From assembly GCA_014381465.1 (NCBI GenBank), contig JACNLP010000051.1:689-64688 (forward strand): a DNA stretch of 64,000 bases, given 5' to 3'. Position 1 is the stretch's first letter. Every line of letters starts with the position of its first letter. The notes under the pieces are model-generated. The model was not told the DNA's origin. It was given only the letters and a program-made list of their open reading frames with translations, and searched no databases. Shown here piece by piece: positions 1-7,665 of the stretch. The DNA is from Flavobacteriales bacterium (lineage in GTDB: Bacteria; Bacteroidota; Bacteroidia; Flavobacteriales; BACL11). A program made the translations under genes and the position numbers.

Positions 1-3000
1 TGGAAATCATTAAATGGAGGACAAACATGGTCAACATCTACAGATTTCCTTACAAACTTAGGAGTTTCTGATATTGCGATACATCCAAACAATCCTGATA
101 CATTGTTTATTATTACTGGAGATAGGGATGGAGGTGATACTTATTCCTATGGATTAATGAAGTCTTTTGATGGGGGTGCTACATTTATAACTACAGGTTT
201 ATCCTTTAATATTACTCAATATTATAGAGGAAACAGAGTGTTAATTGATCCAAATAATCCTGATAATATTATTGTTGCCACAAGTAATGGAATATATAGA
301 TCGGCTGATGCTGGCATAACTTTTGTTCACACATTTTCTTCTGTTAACATTACATCAATGGAATTTCATCCTACTAATTCAAATATAATATATGGAGGAT
401 CTAAAGGCAATACCTCTGTATACAAATCAACTGACAATGGTGTAACATGGAATCAAGCAGGTATAGGGCTTCCAACTACTAATAATGTAGTTAGAGTAGC
501 TGTAGCGGTTACTGATGATAATCCATCAGTAGTTTATGCACTCTTTGGAGATAATAATAACGGCTTTTATGGTATATATAAATCCACAGATGAAGGGGTT
601 AGTTGGATTCAACAAGCTAATAGCCCTAACCTTTTAGGGTGGTCAGCAAACGGTTCTGATTCTGGTGGGCAAGCTTGGTATGATTTAGCATTAACTGTTT
701 CTCCTCTAGATGAGGATGTATTGTTTGTTGGAGGAGTAAATTGTTGGAAATCAATTGATGGTGGTCAAAATTGGAATTTGAATACACATTGGTATGGAGG
801 TGGAGGTGCAAATTATATGCATGCTGATGAGCATATGTTAGAATATAATCCTTTAAATAATTATGTCTATTCTGCTAATGATGGTGGTTTGTATTTTTCT
901 AGCAATCATGGTAATAATTGGACAGATATCTCTGATGGTTTACATATTACTCAGTTTTATAGTTTAGGAGTGTCGCAAACAGTCCAAGATAAAGTTATTA
1001 CAGGATCCCAAGATAATGGCACTTTTTTAAAAACAAATTTAAATTGGGATGCTGTAATTGGTGGTGACGGTATGGAATGTATTATTGATTATTTAAATTC
1101 TAATACCATGTATGGAGCACTATATTATGGTGACATCAGAAAATCAACTAATGGAGGTAATAGTTTCTCAACGATTTCTAGCGGTAACGGAGCATGGGAA
1201 ACTCCTTATGTTTTAGATAGAAACGATCCAAATATTATATATGTAGGTTATGATGAATTAGAAAAATCAACTGATGGAGGGAATAGTTGGAATACAATAA
1301 CAAACAATCAAACTAATGGTGGTAAAATAGATGAAATTGCTGTTTCTAAATCCGATCCCTCTGTAATATATTTTTCTGATGGGCCAAATATATTTAAAAC
1401 TTCAGATGGAGGTAATACTTGGATAAATATTACAGGGTCTTTACCTTATAAAACCATAAGCTATATTATTGTTCATCCTGCTGATGAAAATAAAATATGG
1501 ATAACATTATCGGGTTATACTACCGGAGAAAAGGTATATCACTCATCTGATGGTGGGACAAGTTGGCAAAATATATCTGGAACACTTCCTAACATTCCTG
1601 CAAATTGTATTGTTTTAGATGAGAATACTTCAACACAAACCTTATATATTGGTACGGATTTGGGTGTTTTTACAACAGATTCTACTTTAACAGATTGGAA
1701 CTTATTTAATAATAATAGTTTACCAAATGTAATTGTTACTGAGTTAGAGATTCAATATCAATCTAATATACTTTATGCATCTACTTATGGCAGGGGTTTA
1801 TGGAACATAGATTTACAAATTACTTCTCCACCTATTGCTAATTTTATAGTAAGTGATAGTGTTTTTTGTAATACTCCAGCAACTGTAAGTTTTACTAATA
1901 CATCTTCTTATTCAAATACATATGTTTGGGATTTTGGTGATGGGAATTCAAGTACTTCTGCCAATCCAACTCATACTTATTTAAATTACGGTACTTACTC
2001 TGTTTCACTGATTGCTAATGGTCCTTTAGGTACAGATAGTATTATCTACCAATCAATAATTAGTATTGATCCAGCTAATTCTTGTATAATTACCTTACCA
2101 CCAAGTGGTGCAGGAGTTACACAAACGGGTTGTAATGGTACACTTTTTGATGTGGGAGGGCCTAACTCAAACTATTATGACAACAATAACAGTTGGATAA
2201 CCATTTCGCCTTCTGGAAGTAATCAGATCACCTTAAACTTTATTAGTTTTGATGTTGAAGCTCCAAGTTCATCTACATATTGTAATTGGGATTATTTAGA
2301 AGTGTTTGATGGTGGAGATACTTCTGCACCTTCATTAGGACAATTTTGTAATGCATTAACCGGGAGTCCCGGAACATTAGTATCAACTGGTGGAGAGATA
2401 ACAGTTTATTTGCATGCAGATGCTGCAGTAAACGGTACAGGTTTTGAAGCAGATTGGTCATGTAATTTCCCCGCACTTCCTCCCACTACTGATTTTTTAG
2501 TAAGCGATACTATTTCTTGTGATGGATCAGTTTCTTTTACTGATTTATCAACTAATGGCCCGATTTCTTGGAATTGGGATTTTGGAGATGGAAATACTTC
2601 AACCTTACAGAATCCTACTCATGTTTATCTAAACGGAGGAGTTTATTCAATTACTTTAATTACATCAAATCAATATGGCTCTGATACACTTTTTATGCAA
2701 AATTATATTGATGTAATAAGTGCACATATTGTTTTACAAGGCGATACTGCTTGTGTTGGCGCTTCATTATTACTTCAAGCAAATTCTTCATCTGCTGTGT
2801 GGTATTCTGATTCCTTAGCAAATAACCTAGTAGGAAGTGGTTTGATATTCCAAACCCCAATTCTAAATAATACTACTTCTTATTTTGCTCGCTCAGAGAT
2901 AAATTACCCAATAATTTTTGGAGGACCACCTGACAATACATTTGGTGGAGGAGGTTATTATCAGGGAAATAGACATCTTATTTTTGATAATTATAAACCA

Positions 3001-4452
3001 TCAGCTTTAGTTTCAGTTTTGGTTTATTCAAACTCTTCTGCATACCGAATAATTGAACTAAGAAATAGTAGTAATGCTGTACTTGCAGATACCAATATCT
3101 ATATCCCTTCTTCTCCTTCTGGCGTAAGAGTGTATTTAAACTTTGATTTGCCTGTGGAGAATAATATGCAATTAGGAATTAACGGATCTAATTCTGATTT
3201 ATTTAGAAATGATGCATCAGCAATTTTTCCATATAATATCTCTGATATAGTTTCGATAACAGGAACAAATGCTTCTGCAGGATATTATTATTTCTTTTAT
3301 GATTGGGAGGTGCAAAAATCACCTTGTTATTCCAATATGGAAAAAGTAGATGCAGTTATTGAAATTAATTCTTCTTCCTACAATAACATTACAGTGTGTG
3401 ATAGTGTCGTTTGGAATGGAACTACTTATACTATAAGTGGTACTTATTATGATAGTACTTTTACAAACTCAAATGGTTGCGATAGTGTTATTACTTTAGA
3501 CTTAACTATAAATAATCCATCTACTTCCACAGATACACAAACCTCTTGCAGTAGTTATACATGGATAGATGGAGTAACTTATACTACAAGTAATAATACA
3601 GCTACTTATATCACAACAAATTCCAATGGTTGTGATAGTGTTATTACTTTAGACTTAACTATAAATAATCCATCTACTTCCACAGATACACAAACCTCTT
3701 GCAGTAGTTATACATGGATAGATGGAGTAACTTATACTACAAGTAATAATACAGCTACTTATATCACAACAAATTCCAATGGTTGTGATAGTGTTATTAC
3801 TTTAGACTTAACTATAAATAATCCATCTACTTCCACAGATACACAAACCTCTTGCAGTAGTTATACATGGATAGATGGAGTAACTTATACTACAAGTAAT
3901 AATACAGCTACTTATATCACAACAAATTCCAATGGTTGCGATAGTGTTATTACTTTAGACTTAACTATAACTGGAAATCCTATTGCAACTGTATCTCAAG
4001 TTGGGCTTGATTTAGATGCAAGTGTTGTAGGAGGAAACACTCCTTACTCATATCAATGGAATACAACTGAAACTACACAGCAAATCACACCAACTGCTAA
4101 TGGAACCTATTGGGTGATAGTGGCAGATGTCAATCAATGTATTTCTGATACTATTTATTTTAATGTGACTTGGATATCCACAGACATTACTGAGCTTAAC
4201 ATAGTAGATCTTAGCATTTATCCTAACCCATCAGAGGATGTGTTTAATATCACTTTTACAAGTGAAAAGAAACAAAATATTGAGATTAGAATATTCAATG
4301 GGTTAGGTGAGCGTGTATTTGTTGAAAGTAAACAGCAGTTTTTTGGTGAGTACACAAAACAAATAGATTTAAAAGAAACCCCAAAAGCGATTTACTTCCT
4401 TGAGATTGAAACAGAGAAAGGAATAATCAATAAGAAATTAATACTTCAATAA
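1..4452 (+). CDS. Large T9SS type-A cargo: VPS10/BNR (GH74-like) beta-propeller, PKD-CUB-PKD, Ig-like region, Cys-containing tandem repeats and C-terminal sorting domain; 5'-partial
   Basis: Frame is open from base 1 (WKSLNGGQTW...), so the ORF-track start at 103 is internal. Repeated S-x-D-G-G-x-(T/S)-W BNR boxes; two WDFGDGN PKD motifs; CUB domain at about 2125-2463 (C..WDYLEVFDG); CTD LSIYPNPS...IYFLEIETEKGIINKKLILQ. Confidence 0.9.
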   Translation, partial: WKSLNGGQTWSTSTDFLTNLGVSDIAIHPNNPDTLFIITGDRDGGDTYSYGLMKSFDGGATFITTGLSFNITQYYRGNRVLIDPNNPDNIIVATSNGIYRSADAGITFVHTFSSVNITSMEFHPTNSNIIYGGSKGNTSVYKSTDNGVTWNQAGIGLPTTNNVVRVAVAVTDDNPSVVYALFGDNNNGFYGIYKSTDEGVSWIQQANSPNLLGWSANGSDSGGQAWYDLALTVSPLDEDVLFVGGVNCWKSIDGGQNWNLNTHWYGGGGANYMHADEHMLEYNPLNNYVYSANDGGLYFSSNHGNNWTDISDGLHITQFYSLGVSQTVQDKVITGSQDNGTFLKTNLNWDAVIGGDGMECIIDYLNSNTMYGALYYGDIRKSTNGGNSFSTISSGNGAWETPYVLDRNDPNIIYVGYDELEKSTDGGNSWNTITNNQTNGGKIDEIAVSKSDPSVIYFSDGPNIFKTSDGGNTWINITGSLPYKTISYIIVHPADENKIWITLSGYTTGEKVYHSSDGGTSWQNISGTLPNIPANCIVLDENTSTQTLYIGTDLGVFTTDSTLTDWNLFNNNSLPNVIVTELEIQYQSNILYASTYGRGLWNIDLQITSPPIANFIVSDSVFCNTPATVSFTNTSSYSNTYVWDFGDGNSSTSANPTHTYLNYGTYSVSLIANGPLGTDSIIYQSIISIDPANSCIITLPPSGAGVTQTGCNGTLFDVGGPNSNYYDNNNSWITISPSGSNQITLNFISFDVEAPSSSTYCNWDYLEVFDGGDTSAPSLGQFCNALTGSPGTLVSTGGEITVYLHADAAVNGTGFEADWSCNFPALPPTTDFLVSDTISCDGSVSFTDLSTNGPISWNWDFGDGNTSTLQNPTHVYLNGGVYSITLITSNQYGSDTLFMQNYIDVISAHIVLQGDTACVGASLLLQANSSSAVWYSDSLANNLVGSGLIFQTPILNNTTSYFARSEINYPIIFGGPPDNTFGGGGYYQGNRHLIFDNYKPSALVSVLVYSNSSAYRIIELRNSSNAVLADTNIYIPSSPSGVRVYLNFDLPVENNMQLGINGSNSDLFRNDASAIFPYNISDIVSITGTNASAGYYYFFYDWEVQKSPCYSNMEKVDAVIEINSSSYNNITVCDSVVWNGTTYTISGTYYDSTFTNSNGCDSVITLDLTINNPSTSTDTQTSCSSYTWIDGVTYTTSNNTATYITTNSNGCDSVITLDLTINNPSTSTDTQTSCSSYTWIDGVTYTTSNNTATYITTNSNGCDSVITLDLTINNPSTSTDTQTSCSSYTWIDGVTYTTSNNTATYITTNSNGCDSVITLDLTITGNPIATVSQVGLDLDASVVGGNTPYSYQWNTTETTQQITPTANGTYWVIVADVNQCISDTIYFNVTWISTDITELNIVDLSIYPNPSEDVFNITFTSEKKQNIEIRIFNGLGERVFVESKQQFFGEYTKQIDLKETPKAIYFLEIETEKGIINKKLILQ
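3472..3970 (+). repeat. In-frame 153-bp (51-aa) tandem repeat, about 3.3 near-identical copies
   Basis: GATAGTGTTATTACTTTAGACTTAACTATA recurs at 3481, 3634, 3787 and 3940; the only difference seen is TGC/TGT in a Cys codon. Confidence 0.97.
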
Positions 4453-4614
4453 TTTAGATATAGCCTAATGTTTCTTTTTGGTAGACCTTACGGTCCTATT
4501 TTGAGATTTTTGCTAATATAGAGTTTGAATTTCTCATTATACATAAGTTTCTCTAAAACTAACTTGCCAAAAAAGAGAAAACAATCCATTCTGCAAAAAT
4601 TATTAAGCAGTAAT

Positions 4615-6393
4615 TTATTCTAAAATCAATTTCTTCTCCACTGTACCATCATCATAAATGTAAAAAAGAGGAACGCCTTTTTTTACTTTTGTAGTTCGCC
4701 CAAGCACATCCGTAATTTTAATAAGTTTCCTGTTATTGTTAGGCTTAATATCCGTTATGCCACTTACAGCAGAATACACATAAAATTCATATTCTGCGCT
4801 TTGTGGATTGAGCATTAATGCATCATTATTTTCTGAACGAATGTAAAATTTTACATCATTCCCCGAACCCTGAAAAGGAAAAGCAGTAGTAAAAAGACCA
4901 TCCCCCGACACTGCATCTCCATTTTGTCCATCATCCAACATGGTAAAAGATTGAAATTTGGAATTGTACTCACTTTCTGTTGCCATCAGCTTAACAGTAT
5001 TACCATTAAAAACCTCAGCCGTTACCAAATTATTATTTACCGTTACATTTGTTATAGTAGGTGGTATAAAAGAAATTTCAGGATGATTTTGTAAAAAAGT
5101 TTTTCTTTCATCAATGCTACTTATAATACCACCAATCCCCCAACCGAAAGATGCCCATATTGCAGATTCAACATTATAGGAATAATTTTGCATGGTAAAT
5201 CCTTTATTTTGATCCGTATTTGCTGCATTATATCCTAAGCTTTGCAGATTAGTTATTTCAGCCCTTATCACAGCAGTATCTAAGGATTCACTCATTATAG
5301 TTCGGATGTGAGCAGTATATAATTTTCTATAAAAAGGATGATTTAATAATTTATACAAAAGTGGTCTTTCCAGCGCAGGCTGAGAGCCCCCCAAAGGAGC
5401 AGCCGTAAAATAAGGATCGTACTCATAAACATTGGAAGGACTCCAATAATCAGAGCCCATAAGAGCGCCTACAAAACTATTGTCCAAATCCCAAGGAATC
5501 ATCTGAAACAAGCCGTCTTTGGTTTGATACAAATAATAATTGTGAGCGAAATAAGTATTATAACAATCCAAATTTAGAATAGTTTGATTGACCGCAAATG
5601 CCCATAGCGTTCTATCTACATTTAAAACACTATCCACATTAGCAAAATCTAAATCAATTACTTTAATCAGGTTTACCAATTCTTTCCATCCATTATCAGA
5701 CTTTATATCATAACTATTATAATAGAGCGTACTGTCATCTCCCATATAATATAAATTGGAAGGCATGGCAGAAGGAGCCCCAGCCGTATCACAAAAACGA
5801 TTAATATTATCACACTTAAATAGTGGACCTGATTTTTCGTTAAAATGCTTTTTTAGAAACTGCTTATTAAGCGCCTCATCATTTACATAAAGCCCCAAAT
5901 AATTACTTTGTACATACAGTTTCATCAAATTAGATTCGCCAGTTGGCAAGTACTTTCTATAAATATTACTGCCAACAATTTGTTTTACAAATGTAGGATC
6001 CAGCCAAGCATTTGCCAATTTTATTTTTTTGTAGTCCAATAATTTTTGTCCACTGATGTAATAGTTCATATCAATATTATAAGGTACTTTCGGATTCAAA
6101 GTATTATTAGGGATACAAAAAGTAGAGTTCCCTTTATACCTCACCCCAACACTATCATACACCGCCCCATTCATTGTCAAAGTAGCAGGCATTCTTTCAT
6201 CTGGGGCATAATACCACGCAACCACCAAATCAGGATGATAATTTGAATTATAAAAGTTTAAATGAATACTTCTGATGGAATCCTCTTCAAAAAGCCCACC
6301 GGGTGTATCATACAAATCTTGGGGATTGTAAAGGGTTTGTCCAAAGGAAAAACAATAGCAAAAAACAAATAGGATTAGGAAACCTTTCTTCAT
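4615..6393 (-). CDS. cotH: Secreted CotH-family protein kinase with a short T9SS-like C-terminal tail
   Basis: Signal peptide MKKGFLILFVFCYCFSFG; CotH motifs GVRYKGNST, HNYYLY, IPWDLDNSF; DDGQNGD..GDG motif; C-terminus KLIKITDVLGR...FYIYDDGTVEKKLILE. Confidence 0.85.
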   Translation of the reverse strand: MKKGFLILFVFCYCFSFGQTLYNPQDLYDTPGGLFEEDSIRSIHLNFYNSNYHPDLVVAWYYAPDERMPATLTMNGAVYDSVGVRYKGNSTFCIPNNTLNPKVPYNIDMNYYISGQKLLDYKKIKLANAWLDPTFVKQIVGSNIYRKYLPTGESNLMKLYVQSNYLGLYVNDEALNKQFLKKHFNEKSGPLFKCDNINRFCDTAGAPSAMPSNLYYMGDDSTLYYNSYDIKSDNGWKELVNLIKVIDLDFANVDSVLNVDRTLWAFAVNQTILNLDCYNTYFAHNYYLYQTKDGLFQMIPWDLDNSFVGALMGSDYWSPSNVYEYDPYFTAAPLGGSQPALERPLLYKLLNHPFYRKLYTAHIRTIMSESLDTAVIRAEITNLQSLGYNAANTDQNKGFTMQNYSYNVESAIWASFGWGIGGIISSIDERKTFLQNHPEISFIPPTITNVTVNNNLVTAEVFNGNTVKLMATESEYNSKFQSFTMLDDGQNGDAVSGDGLFTTAFPFQGSGNDVKFYIRSENNDALMLNPQSAEYEFYVYSAVSGITDIKPNNNRKLIKITDVLGRTTKVKKGVPLFYIYDDGTVEKKLILE

Positions 6394-6449
6394 TCTTTTT
6401 TTGTGTAAAGATAATAATTTTATATTTACACCTAATTAGATTTTAGGAT

Positions 6450-6800
6450 ATGGCAGAGCACAATAAAAAAGGAGAAGAAGGTGAGCAAATTGCACAAAGC
6501 TATTTGACGGATTTAGGCTATATTATTTTGGAAAAAAATTGGCGATTCCAAAAAGCAGAAGTAGATATTATTGCAAAAGATGGAAATTTTTTGGTTTTTG
6601 TTGAGGTGAAATGTCGTTCTACAAATATCTTTGGAGAGCCACAAGCTTTTGTTTCAGGGAAAAAACAATTGCTTTTTAAAGATGCAGCAGAGGGTTATTT
6701 AGAGCAAAAAGATTTGAACTATGAAATCCGCTTTGATATTATTGCTATAATTCTATCTTCTCAAAAAGCTAAAATAGAGCACTTTAAAGATGCTTTTTAA
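6450..6800 (+). CDS. yraN: YraN (UPF0102) family putative nuclease
   Basis: HNKKGEEGE, NWRFQKAEVDIIA, FVEVK, IRFDIIAI; 116 aa. Confidence 0.92.
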   Translation: MAEHNKKGEEGEQIAQSYLTDLGYIILEKNWRFQKAEVDIIAKDGNFLVFVEVKCRSTNIFGEPQAFVSGKKQLLFKDAAEGYLEQKDLNYEIRFDIIAIILSSQKAKIEHFKDAF

Positions 6801-6814
6801 CGCTTAGGATTTCC

Positions 6815-6822
6815 TATCTTTG
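6815..6822 (+). promoter_or_regulatory. Bacteroidota housekeeping -7 promoter element for the pseudouridine synthase gene
   Basis: TATCTTTG matches TAnnTTTG, 15 nt upstream of the ATG at 6838. Confidence 0.6.
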
Positions 6823-6837
6823 CCAAAAAACTAAATA

Positions 6838-7608
6838 ATGCAAAGAAGAGAAAAATCAACTTTTAGAAAAAGACAAAACAAAAAAAAGCAAACAGATGAT
6901 AGCTTAATGCGACTTAATAAATACATAGCTCATGCGGGAATTTGTAGTCGCAGGGAAGCAGATACATTTATTCAGGCGGGGGTTGTAAAAGTAAATGGGA
7001 AAGTAATTACTCAGATGGGATATAAAGTAAAACTAACTGATGAGGTGAAATTTAATGATGCTAAAATAAAATCCGAAACACTACGATATTTACTTCTTAA
7101 CAAACCAAAAAATTATAGCGGAAGAATGGAAAATTCTCCAAATAAAAAAGATGTTTTTCAACTAATAAAAGGAGCATGCAAAGAAGAAATTTATCCTATA
7201 AACAGAATGGGGAAAAATAATACCGGATTGCTATTTTTTACTAACGACACGGAACTTGCTAAAAAACTAACAAACCCTAAAAAAAGAATAAAGGAAATAT
7301 ATCATGTATCGTTAGATAAAGATTTGAAATTAACTGATTTAAAAAAAATACAAGCAGGGCTTATTATTGCATCTAAAAAAATAAATATAGAAAAAATTTC
7401 CTATATTGAAAATAAAGAAAAAAACGAAATTGGAATAGAAATCACTTTTGGAGGAACAAAGTTAATAAATCAGATTTTTGAACAATTAAAGTATAATGTT
7501 TCTTGGATAGATAAGGTGTTTTTTGCAGGGCTTAGTAAAAAAGATCTTCCCAGGAAAAAGTGTCGGTTTTTAACAGAGGATGAGATAAATCTTTTAAAAA
7601 GGATATAA
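6838..7608 (+). CDS. rluB: S4-domain RsuA/RluB-family pseudouridine synthase homolog lacking the catalytic Asp
   Basis: S4 motif MRLNKYIAHAGICSRREAD; LLNKPK; motif II reads INRMGKNNTGLLFFTND where the family has GR(L/M)DxxTxGLLLxTND. Confidence 0.8.
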   Translation: MQRREKSTFRKRQNKKKQTDDSLMRLNKYIAHAGICSRREADTFIQAGVVKVNGKVITQMGYKVKLTDEVKFNDAKIKSETLRYLLLNKPKNYSGRMENSPNKKDVFQLIKGACKEEIYPINRMGKNNTGLLFFTNDTELAKKLTNPKKRIKEIYHVSLDKDLKLTDLKKIQAGLIIASKKINIEKISYIENKEKNEIGIEITFGGTKLINQIFEQLKYNVSWIDKVFFAGLSKKDLPRKKCRFLTEDEINLLKRI

Positions 7609-7665
7609 ACTTTATATGAGTTTACCTTCAAAATTCGTTATGGCTTTACAATTTATTTTTAGTAG

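Noticed and set aside
3472-3970. 153-bp and 147-bp (33205-33780) repeats as CRISPR arrays
   Set aside because: Units are in-frame coding repeats without unique spacers, and there are no cas genes.
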